A stretch of 63,874 nt of DNA, the filler included, from Kipferlia bialata (Eukaryota), in NCBI GenBank assembly GCA_003568945.1. It is 6 parts of 6 records of this genome, joined end to end, with 100 filler letters (N's around TTAATTAATTAA, not from the genome) between each part and the next. Parts side by side here need not be neighbours in the genome. Positions count along the whole stretch, not along the records: positions 1 to 10,579 come from BDIP01001403.1; positions 10,680 to 21,250 come from BDIP01001404.1; 4 more parts are not named here. The stretch is one strand, 5' to 3'. Shown one piece after another: positions 1 through 10,783 of this stretch (position 1 is its first letter; each line of letters begins with the position of its first letter). The notes below the pieces were generated by a model that was not told the origin of the DNA, searched no databases, and was given only the letters and a program-made list of their open reading frames with translations. A program made the position numbers and the translations under genes.

Positions 1-27
1 ACATGTATATACATATACTAATTGCAG

Positions 28-718
28 GCGTGCCCTTCGTAAGAAGAAGGCCCAGGTCGAGGCCTCCCCCACTGTCACCAAGCCCATGCACGTGCACGTG
101 GCACCCAAGCCTAAGGTATAGATGTTGTGTATATGTATAGTACATATTCTATATGTATGCATTTATATAGCTCTTGTTTATGCACATACACGTGGCACTC
201 AAGCCTAAGGTATCATAGCATATACTACATGTATTGTCTGAGTATAATTGTATATAGCCACTGCACTATGCCCATGGCACCCAAGCGTAAGGTATATATA
301 CACACTGTAGTCACAATGTACACTTTGTCATCCGCCCTTCTAACCACGAACCGTTAGATCCTGGGGTCGTGGGTACTCTCTCTTGCTCTTCATCTCACTC
401 TCTCCTTATATATATATATATATATATCAATATATATATCAATATCCTCTCCCCCTCACCCCCAGCCCGACCCCGAGCCCAAGGCACCCGAGGGATGGTC
501 CACAGTGTCCAAGGTGTGTATACGTAGATATGTTAGTGTAGACAGTGTAGATATACTCTCCACTGTGGTTATGGTATATTTCATATCTCTGGGAATATAC
601 GTACTCTAAACATCTATCTCTCTGTCTCTCTCTCTCTCCTCCCTCTGCACCCTTATTCCAGGCCCCCAAGAAGGACACCAAGAAGAAGAGCAGAGGCCCC
701 TCCATCGTCGGTCTGTAA
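28..718 (+). CDS. 3' end of an unidentified Lys/Pro-rich protein (exons ~28-115, 466-513, 662-718)
   Basis: AG/GT-bounded exons join in frame: RALRKKKAQVEASPTVTKPMHVHVAPKPK|PDPEPKAPEGWSTVSK|APKKDTKKKSRGPSIVGL*. TAA at 716-718. 5' partial. Confidence 0.6.
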
Positions 719-1031
719 GTGATAGACACAGACAGAGAGAGAGAGAGAGGGAGAGAGAGAGTTCCCCTGAATTCCCACTGTGGCAGAAGGCAGCGACCAC
801 CAGTGGACGTACGGGGACAGACGTAGTATGATAATAGAGGTAGATTGATGGTGCATAGGGAGTATATGACCAGCAACGAGATTGATAAGAGCTTTCTGAT
901 TATGTGCGAAAATGACAGATAAGAGGAATGAAAAGATATCCTCAGGTATGACTGTTGACTCCCACAAGAACTGAACTCCCGGCACATGATGATCTCTTTA
1001 CATTCCCTCACTCCCTGTCTCCCTTTGACCA

Positions 1032-3034
1032 ATGGGCTTCGAAGACCGGTTCCAAGACAAGTCGCCTGACAAACAGAAGGGGGAGAGGGGCAGAGAGAGG
1101 GAGAGGGAGAGGGAGAGAGACGTGCCAGTTAAGGGGTATGCCCTCCCTGATGGTATCCCAGCTACGGTGTGTAATGGCAACGTGTACCCATACCCAAGCC
1201 AAGGTGGGTATGCAGGTATACTATGTGTTACTTTTGCTAAGTGTGGTGTTGTAGTGGGCGTAGCTTAGGTATGGAGGACACTATCCCTTCCGTGCAGCTG
1301 TAGACCATTCTGTCAGAACTTGTCTGCTACTCTGTCTCGCTCTACAATATCGATGCAAATATCCCTTCACCCTAGATCAGGCTCCATACTCCCAGATCCA
1401 CCGCCCTGCAGCACCGACACTAGAACCAGTTACAGGTACAATCACCCAAAATATGGGTCATATATGAGTATAACACAATAATGGTAGACTTCTCCAAACC
1501 CCACACTGGATTCCAGTGGGCCACAGGAGAGACAGAGCATTCAATTACTACTAGTATTTGGCTAATACCCAGATCAACCCATAATTCCAGATGGGGTCCT
1601 CACTCCCATGAGTGTCGCCGACAACCAGGTCAGTATGGGCAATACCTTAGTAGTCTTCCGCATTGTATATGGTGTATCGGCCTACAGTGTGATGCAGTGT
1701 ACTACACCGAGTGTAATTTCAGTACTCTTAGTGGCCGACAACCAGGTCAGGCATACTCTTGGTTAATATCACCACTGTTTCTACTCTATCCTTTCTTACC
1801 CTAGGCACTACTCACGGCTGTTACAATGGCCAGTACTCTGCAAGAGCAGAACAAGGAGTTGCAGGTTAGAAGTGCTTGACTGCTATTGACACCTGCCAAA
1901 GCACAGTGAGATATACGCTTTCCAAGAGTTCGAATGCTATTTCTTTGAACGACCTATGTCGTGTAGGACCTACATGAACACCTGCAGTGTTAGCATAATC
2001 TATGGCTATTCCATTGCATCACATACCATTAACCCAGGAGACTGTTTCAGCCATGAAGGCTGCGATCAGGGACCTGGAAAGAGAGAGAGACCAAGCTCCG
2101 GAGCAACGTGAGGATCGTGGTGGAGTAATGGGTGCCGCTGAGACATTGTCTCAGAGAAGAGTGTGGGAGAGGGAGAGGGAGAGGGAGAGGGAGGTGCACG
2201 AATTCCAGGTTCGTCTATCATCAGAGATATGCACTGTAACCTATATTTGGTGACTGAGTTGGGAAGAGACCTTGTGTATCAACTCCGTAATCCCAGAGAT
2301 CTACAAGAATTAGTGACACAGCTCAGATGCTAAAGAGAGAAATGGATGCTCTGGATGAGACTCTCGAGAGGACCCTGGCGGAGAGAGGCAGGCTCCAGCA
2401 GCGGCTTATGGACTCCAAGGCTCTGGGAAGAACCACCTTGCAGTATCAGGTGGATTCCTCTCTGATAGGGTCTCAAGCTCGAGGGAACCAGGAAACTATG
2501 ACTCTCAAGGAAGCCAGAGAGATGGCTACCTCTCTAAGAGACTCTCAAGCTATAGAGAAGCAGGAAACTACTGCTCTCAAGGAGGTTAGAGACCAGCTTA
2601 CTGAAGCCCAGATATCTCTCCACCAGTGCCGAACTGAACTGAAAGCGAGCCAGGAGAGCTTGCAAAGGACACACAGAGAGCTTGTCAAGTACAAGATGAG
2701 GGAGAGAATGTGGGTTCGTGGTGCCACGGCTACAGAGAGCACCCTGCGGATCCCAGGCGTCTCTGGTTCTACTGCAGCAGCATCACCCACCACTACAGCG
2801 CCTGGGGCTGCATCACTCCCTAATACCTACAGTACCACATACCCTTCCCCTGCTGTACTTGCGTCAGACACTCCTAGGGGTCTTTCATTTTCACCAGCGG
2901 ACATACTTTCACGTCCAGCTACTGCACCTAGGCGTAGCTCAACCAGAGCTGGTGTGGTGTTGTCCTCTATTGGTTACCACACTGCAACACTTACTACGGC
3001 CAGAAGAAGAGGTGGTATGAATGGGTCACAGTGA
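1032..3034 (+). CDS. Hypothetical coiled-coil protein with Pro/Thr/Ser-rich tail, paralog 1
   Basis: Exons ~1032-1204, 1376-1435, 1573-1628, 1805-1864, 2037-2208, 2297-3034. Starts MGFEDRFQDKSPDK; heptad-like last exon (LKREMDALDETLERTLAERGRLQQRL). Exon-by-exon homology to 4045-6223. Confidence 0.6.
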
Positions 3035-4044
3035 GCATAGGAATAGACTGACACCTTCTCCTACTCTCAGAGACACGAACATATGACACTACTGGATAAA
3101 TGCACTGTAAATTATGGTATAGCATTGCTCTAATTGCAACAGATATATAGTACTGTTAATGGTAGTCTATTATTACCTTTGTCACGACTTGGAAACACAC
3201 ATATACGTGAGAGGTGAGTGTATCCAGGTGTCTAGTACATGTGTATGACCCCAGGAGGCAAGTTTTACTCTAGACATGTGTAGAACACAACAGGCGGTTG
3301 ACATTGTCAACATTGTTGACAACAGTAGTGGACTGACTCTATCTAGTGACTTAGACTAGTAGGCTAAGCTTAGTAGCCTATAAGTATAGAAGTTCTACAC
3401 TAGAACACTCCAGCGGACTGAAATTGTTCAAGGATCTGGTACTTGTGTGCTCTCTCTCCCTCTCTCTCGCCCTGTATCTATCCAATTCACTCTCCCGGTG
3501 TTAATATATGTTGCCGGAGTCCAGTGCTATGCCAATGAGTATGAGTATACACACACACAGACATATAGGTGTATATGAATACATACATACTTATATATAC
3601 CAGTATCTATCCTATGCTAATGCAGGGTCTCACACCGTTGTACTCACTTGAGTGTGAGTGTATCCATATATATGTATTTATGTATATAAGAGGCCTTCAT
3701 CGTGGGACTGTAAGTGATAGTCAGAGTCTCTGACCCAGAGAGAGAGTTCCCCTGAATTTCCACCGTGGCATCTGGCAGCGACCAGCGATGGACGTATAGG
3801 GACAGCCGCACTATAATAGTAGAGGTAGATTGGTAGCACATAGGGTGTGAGCAGCAACGAGATTGATGGGACCTCTCTGAAAGCATCTGAATAGCATGTT
3901 GTCTAGTATACTGCCACAGCACACCAAGGTGTCTCAAGTTGAAGAACAGATATCCTCAACAATGGCTACTGTTGACTCCCACGAGAACTCAACTCTGACA
4001 CACGATCTCTCTACACTCGCTCACTTCCTGTCCTCGATTGACAC

Positions 4045-6223
4045 ATGGGCTTCTTCGACCGCTTCCAAGACAAGTCGCCTGACAAGGACAAGGGAGAGAG
4101 GGGCAGAGAGAGGGAGAGAGACGTGCCTGTTGAGGGGTATGTCCTTCCTGAGTCAGCGACTGAGTGTGTTTCAGCCACGGTGTGCAATGGCAACGTGTAC
4201 CCATACCCAAGCCAAGGTGGGTATGTTGCTGTACTATTTGTGTTACTTTTGCTAAGTATGGTGGGTTAGTGGGCGTAGCTGAGGTATAGAGGACACTATC
4301 CCTTCCGTGTAGCTGTAGACCATATGTCAGAAGCTGTTTCCTACTCTGTCTCGCTGCATATATCCCTTCACACTAGACCAGGCCCCACTTTATCACACAC
4401 TCACAGAGCCAAGTCACCCAGGCGTCCAGCACCAGGTGATATATGTTGTATACAGTATCACACATCGACTGTAGAGGGAATACCCTGTAGAGAGAGGGTG
4501 GTTAGGAGGCACTCAAGTGTTGCTTCGTAGCACCCTGTAGAGTCTACAGTTGTAGCCGTATCATTCACATCTGACTCAGTACAACCAAGACCCAGCGTAC
4601 ACTCAGTTCCACCAGCATTCAGCACCGGCACCAGAGCCAGTCACAGGTACAAACATCAGTATGACTAGAGAGTACAATAGTAATAGATGTCTCTTCCGAA
4701 ACTAACTCCCAGATCAACCCATCCTTCCTGATGGGGTCTTTACTCCCATGAGTGTCGCCGACAACCAGGTCAGTCGTTGGTATTGTATAGTTAGTAGCTA
4801 TTAGCTACGCATTGTATGATGTGACCCTCACATTGTGAGCCGTTTGTATCACCCATCAGTATGACCCATCATTGGAGTATGATCATGTCTGGAGTGTGTC
4901 CCCAATATATTCACCACTGTCTCTACTCACTATTTTAACTTAACTTAGGCACTACTCAAGGCTGTCACTATGGCCAGTACTCTGCAAGAGCAGAACAAGG
5001 CGTTGCAGGTTAGGAGTGATGTTGAGTCAACAGTATCAACGATTGTACACATTGCCAGTACAAGTGTGTCTGACTTTGTCATCCCATCATTTGTCGTTAA
5101 CCCAGGAGACTGTTGCAGCGATGCAGGCCACCATTCACGACCTTGAGAGAGAGAGAAACCAAGCTGAGGACAAGATGGTCGCTGCCACAAGCGGGATGCG
5201 CCATCAGATCGCAGAGATGCAGGTTCGTTATCATCCAGAGTGCTACACTGTTATTGACAAGCTGTACTTTACATTGTAAAGTTTACAACCTACAACTATT
5301 GCTGTACATAATCAGATTAGTTGCCTTATGGTGTTATCTCATAACTGTTATAGTATATCACTGTTATTTACTGATACTAGGCATTCATCAGCACCAATGA
5401 CTCCACTACACGGGATCTGAGGAGCGAGATGGCTACTCTCAAGGCCTCTCTTAGAGAGAGAGTGGTAGAGAGAGACAGAGTGAGACAGCAGCTTGTGGAC
5501 TGCAAGGCTCAGCTGGCAACACACACCAAGCGGGCAGTAGCTACACTGAATGAGTCTCAGTCTCGAGAGCAGGAGGTGTTCACTGCTCTCCAAGAGGCCA
5601 GACAGAGGGCCACCGCTGTGCAGGGGAGGTATGATGCAGTGATGCAGACACACTCACACGAGGTGGCCAGGCTCAAGAACTCCCTCGCCAAGTGTGAGAG
5701 GGAGAGAGTGCAGGCTGTCACGACAACACAGATCCTCAGAGAGGGTATGAGACGGGGCAAGAGAGAGACTGCCAAGGTGGAGGCTGAAAGAGACAGCACC
5801 ATGTCAGCTACCATACAAGTGCTTGCCAAGCAGCTAGCTGAGACAGAGACCTCTCTCCAACGGTGTAGAGCAGAGCTGACAACAAGCCAGCAGAGGGAGC
5901 AGAAGACTGCTAGAGAGCTGGCAAAGTACACCACCTGGGAGAGAATGAGGCCTAGTGGTACCAAGGCAGGGGAGAGCACACGGCGTGCACCAAGGGCCTT
6001 CGGTGCCGCTGCCCCTGCTCTCGTCCCTACTACCACACCTGCTGCCGCTCGACTCCCAAAGACATACAGAATCACACACCCCGCCCCCACTGTCCCACTT
6101 ATAGTACTCCCTGGTACCTCCGCTACTCCATCAGTGGCCACCCTGCCTCTGCCCACACCTGCACCTACCAGCGTCAGCCACGAGGTAAGAGAGCGGCGCC
6201 TACGACCGGAACCCACTACTTAA
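4045..6223 (+). CDS. Hypothetical coiled-coil protein with Pro/Thr-rich tail, paralog 2
   Basis: Starts MGFFDRFQDKSPDK. Shares exons with paralog 1 (ATVCNGNVYPYPSQG; TPMSVADNQ; AVTMASTLQEQNK). Long terminal ORF 5429-6223. Confidence 0.6.
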
Positions 6224-6322
6224 CGCTATGTGACGGCATTAGTTCTGACACCCGGTCACCGCGCAACTGTGATACAAATGTATTACAGTCTCTAATTGTA
6301 GTCATAGACGTTTCGTCTTACA

Positions 6323-8684
6323 ATGCATCAAAGTATCAACCTCCAGGTACTCTCCCTTGCTGCCCTCGAGGCACACGTGGAAAGCTATCCCTGGTACAGC
6401 AGGGTGATCCACTGCATCAAGGGTCAAGGTAAGAAGGTGAGGCCTTACCAGCGGTATTTCTTGTCGTGTGTGTTGATACATTATCATGGTCTCCTCACTA
6501 TATCAGTATCGTCTAACACTTTCCGAAACTCTCAATGGTATGGTGTTCAAGAGAGTGCATACTTTCTGTTTTGTGTCATAACCTAGCATACACTTACCTG
6601 AGCTGACAATACTATCTGAGGCAACTGTGGACTCCGAGGGAGTCTGCGCCGTCGCCCAGGCCCTGCCCTCCCTGCCTAACCTACAAGAGGTGATTGTATG
6701 TAGCCTACTATTTATGCATAGAAGAATACAGGTGACCCTTGGTCGAAAATCTCCAGATTACCTTCAGATTTGTTTCTTTGGCGTCAACAGGTTTGGAGAT
6801 GGCGCCGTGTCGCTTGGAGAGGCCCTCACATGTGTACCCCACCTGACCAGGGTACGATGTGAAACTGTTTTGGTCTCATTCATTCTCTATTCATGAATGA
6901 CTTCACTTCCAATAGTTATCAAACAAGAACTACATTCCACAACTGGTGTTTTGCACAACGCCTCTGAACGTGTTTTATGCGCTTACCCCTTCAGCTGCTT
7001 GTAAGCGCGTGTGGTATTGGCCCCGCTGGCGCAAGTGCCATTGCATCATCCATCAGAACCTCACTGCCGCACCTTACCCAGGTAGATACTAGAGATGTGT
7101 CGCGCCAGACTTCAGAAGTGATGTGCATAAGAATTGTTATACTTCTTATAGGATTGTATTCATGTCACACCGCATATTTCGTGTCTCACCCCTATTTGAC
7201 TGAAACAACAAATATTCACAACTCTACCAAGGCTATGGTATTGTATACTCATGTGATACTTAGTGACCTTTACGTAATGCTTGGGTTTGGAATTCTATTA
7301 CACTTCCCTTGAATACGACTTTGGTTTACCACAATGAACACTGTTAAGTAGTCTCATTTCTTTAGTCATTCTGCCAGCATCTTCTCATGTCAGCTCTCCA
7401 TTGGCAATTGCAACCCCCTTGGTGAAGAAGGAGTTCGGGCGTTTGCAAAGACACTTCCCTACGTACCCAGACTCACTGAGGTCCGATTACACTTTCCCTC
7501 ACTGCTATATCTATGATCAGTAGTGACATTATCCTATCATACCAGTCCACTATTGGTATAGAGGTTCATATATTTCTCTACTTACACCAGTTTGACTTCT
7601 CGTGTGTCAACAATGGCAAGCAGGACGTACTGGCTGTTATCCGAGCGTTGCCATGTGTGCCACTGTTGGAGAGGGTATGTGGTTACCATATTGTCGTGCA
7701 GTGATGCTTAACTCGTTTCATATATATTACTCGGTCGCTTCTCATTCAACATATTGTAGTAGTCAATTGAGCCATCATTATTCTGGAAGACCTATCGGGT
7801 CTCTAGGATGACGCTAGACATGAAGAACTATATCTTTGAAGAACTCTTAGGGTATACACCTGTAATCCGTCAGTAACACAGCTAAACTTGTCTTACGATG
7901 CTATCAACGCCGAGCATGCCTGTGTCCTCGCAGAGTCTCTAAAGAGTATGAAGTATATGAAGCAGGTATCTTACTCTTCAAATCATAACGCACTCCTGCT
8001 CAAATCATTTCATTTACAAATACTTAGAGGTGATTCACTGCAGCTTCGTCTGTCCAACAACCCCATATGTGACCAAGGCATCACCGCACTGGCAAGTGTC
8101 CTACCGGCCATGCCTGGTCTCTCGGAGGAAAGATAGGCATAGGTCTCTCTCTCTTGTATATCATTCTCACCTGTAGCTCTGGGTATCCCACACACGGATA
8201 GGGGAAACTGGAGTTAACGCTCTGACTACCTCACTCAGTGCCATGGGATGTAGCGCATTGGTATGTCGGGTGCTTACTGTTCATCCAGCATTCTCTCCTT
8301 TTCGCAGTGAATGGCAACTCCACTACATTGGAGATTTCATTTGTAGTAGCGATTAGTACACAGATTTCCTGGGTTGTTACATATCTATACCAAATGCTTA
8401 ACACTTTCCATTCCAACTCAGGCATTATTCATCAGTGGGAACAGAATCAGTGAGAGAGGTGCCATAATCCTTGCCCAGTCACTCCTTACTGTCGGTGAAA
8501 GGGTATGCCTAGTTGCATTGTAGCCCTCTGTATGGAATTGAAAGAGATTATCTCTTCCACGCTACTACCGGTGAGATAATTACATTGTGTTTAACCTCTA
8601 GCTTCCAGCACAGTGTGATCTCAGTGGTCCAGAGGCCAGGAGAGATCTCCAGAGACTAAAGGATGAGAAGCGCCTCTCTATTTA
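6323..8684 (+). CDS. RNI-like (NLRC3-type, 28-aa) leucine-rich repeat protein, one LRR per exon
   Basis: ~84-nt phase-0 exons: LLVSACGIGPAGASAIASSIRTSLPHLTQ; LSIGNCNPLGEEGVRAFAKTLPYVPRLTE; LNLSYDAINAEHACVLAESLKSMKYMKQ; LRLSNNPICDQGITALASVLPAMPGLSE; ALFISGNRISERGAIILAQSL. Last exon ends ...DEKRLSI*. Confidence 0.75.
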
Positions 8685-9155
8685 ACACCGTGTCTCTGAC
8701 ATGGATACATGGTACCTTATCGCCGGTTAGTAACGAGTGACCAATGCTGGCTAGATATAATCAGTGTTGATCAGTGTTGACCAGGGATACTGCGAAATAT
8801 GACACTGTACCAGGAGCCTCCTGGCAGGAGGATATAGAGCCTATACTATAGACAAGAGATACTTGGGCCAAGTATCTACACCCAAGTATTACTTGTGTGT
8901 GTGTCACTGGTTACCAGTCTGGTAGCAGTTAATTGAGAGACATTACAGAGTAATCGTTGCAGATGACGTAGTTATCGTTACACCGTGACGTCTCTTCACA
9001 CATAGAGTACTCAAATGATAGTCGTTTGAGTGCTCTACAAAAGTGTCCGACTACAAAGAGCGAATTGAGTTACAACTGTCGTCTCCAGTGCCAGACCGAC
9101 CTGCTCTCCCCGGACGGAGCACAGCGGAGCAGAACAGGGTGGGATTGAAGGCTGT

Positions 9156-10390
9156 CTAGGTATACACGCTGCATCCACTCCTGACTGCAGCACGGAGCGC
9201 CTTGGCCCATTTGACTCCGATGCTGTTATGGTACAGGTCCAGCTGGGGTGAGGGGCCAGAGAGAGGAGAGGATAGGGGTATCTGGATACTGCAGCTCTTC
9301 CCACGCACCCGCATGAGGGCAAACGTGGAAGGCAGTGCCACAGCGAGTGCCTTGGCCCCGTCGTCTCCGATGCTGTTATTGTTCAGGTACAGCTGGGATG
9401 AGGGGCGAGAGAGAGGACGGGATATGGGAACCTAGGTACTGCAGCACTTCCCACGCACGTATGTGAGGGCAATCGTCGAAGGCAGTGCCACAGCGAGTGC
9501 CTTGGCCCCGTCGTCTCCAATGCTGTTATTGTGCAGGTTCAGCTGGAGTGAGGGGCCAAAGAGATGAGGATAGGGGTATCTGGGTACTGCAGCACTTCCC
9601 ACGCACTGTTGTGAGGGCACTCATGGAAGAAAGTGCCACAGTAAGCGCCTTGGCCCCGTCAGCACCGATAATGTTACTGTTTAGGGTCAGCTGGGGTGAG
9701 GGACCAGATAGAGAAGAGGATAGGGGTATCTGGGTTCTGCAGCACTTCCCACGCACTGTTGTGAGGGCAGTCAGGGAAGGCAGTGTCACAGCGAGTGCCT
9801 TGGCTCCCTCGTCTCCGATACTGTTATTGTACAGGTGCAGCTTGGATGAGGGAGGAGATAGAGGAAAGGATAGGGTATCTGGGTACTGCAGCACTTCCCA
9901 CGCACGTGTGTGAGGGCAGTCAGGGAAGGCAGTGCCACAGCGAGTGCCTTGGCTCCTTCGTCTCCGATGCTGTTATTGTCCAGGTCCAACTGGGTGAGGG
10001 GCGAAAGAGAGGAAAGGAGAGGGTATCTGGGTACTGCAGCACTTCCCACGCACTGTTGTGGACCCATCACGGAGACAGGCCTGCACCTTGGGACCCCATG
10101 GGAACCGACGCAGCTAGAGTCAGAGAAACAGTGGTTAGGGTCAATATATATAAATACCTCTTCCACTTCGTGTGGAATCGAGTTACCATCGTACCTCTGT
10201 TGACAAGACACTGTATTCACTGGTGAGAGTGGCCGGCTTCTGGTCGGAGAGACGTGGGCGACTGGGGTTAGTTTGGGAGAGACAGAGAAGGAGAGTACTA
10301 CGCACCATACCCCATCTTGAGAGCGATGATGTCTCTGTCCGTCTTGGTGCCCTCGATGTCCTCAAGAGTCCTCAAGAGTCCTCTAGAGTC
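9156..10390 (-). CDS. RNI-like LRR protein with six near-identical 84-nt LRR exons (5' end unresolved)
   Basis: Exons 9989-9906, 9840-9757, 9690-9607, 9542-9459, 9392-9309, 9242-9159 plus TAG 9158-9156. Consensus LxLxxNSIGDxGAKALAVALPS. Cap exon LRRFPWGPKVQACLRDGSTT resembles YPWYSRVIHCIKG of the neighbouring LRR gene. Confidence 0.85.
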
Positions 10391-10440
10391 CTGTAGAGTC
10401 CTTAATAGTCCTCAAGAGTCCTCAAGAGTCCTCAAGAGTC
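10361..10440. repeat. 10-bp minisatellite (ctcaagagtc) x8
   Basis: Five exact and three variant consecutive copies read directly. Confidence 0.95.
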
Positions 10441-10579
10441 ACCTGGGGTTGGCGCGGGAGGGTAGAGGGAACTGTACTATGATATTTCCAACAACTGGAG
10501 AGTGAGATAGGCCAGCATGATGGGTGGGAGGACTAGACTGTAGTATGTCGATTATGCAGACAGAGACGATTGATAGAGG

Positions 10580-10679
10580 NNNNNNNNNNNNNNNNNNNNN
10601 NNNNNNNNNNNNNNNNNNNNNNNTTAATTAATTAANNNNNNNNNNNNNNNNNNNNNNNNNNNNNNNNNNNNNNNNNNNN
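10580..10679. other. Artificial scaffold-joining spacer (N44-TTAATTAATTAA-N44); identical spacers at 21251-21350, 31916-32015, 42574-42673, 53226-53325
   Basis: Same 100-nt structure with stops in all frames. Intervening pieces are 10579, 10571, 10565, 10558, 10552 and 10549 nt, i.e. size-sorted independent scaffolds. Confidence 0.98.
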
Positions 10680-10700
10680 CCCTGTCCTTCCCATCAATCT

Positions 10701-10747
<47 letters not shown>

Positions 10748-10783
10748 TCCCTTCATACTATCCCCCTTTATACTCACCCCCAA

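Larger units (their letters stand above)
692..6223. repeat. Diverged ~3 kb tandem segmental duplication (copy 1 from ~692, copy 2 from ~3689)
   Basis: agaggcccctccatcgtcggtctgtaagtgatag (~692-724) vs agaggccttcatcgtgggactgtaagtgatag (3689-3720). Upstream regions, first exons and first introns are co-linear. Confidence 0.85.

Noticed and set aside
10624..10635. TTAATTAATTAA palindrome recurring every ~10.6 kb
   Set aside because: Artificial all-frame stop linker embedded in N runs. It also means gene neighbourhoods across these points are meaningless.
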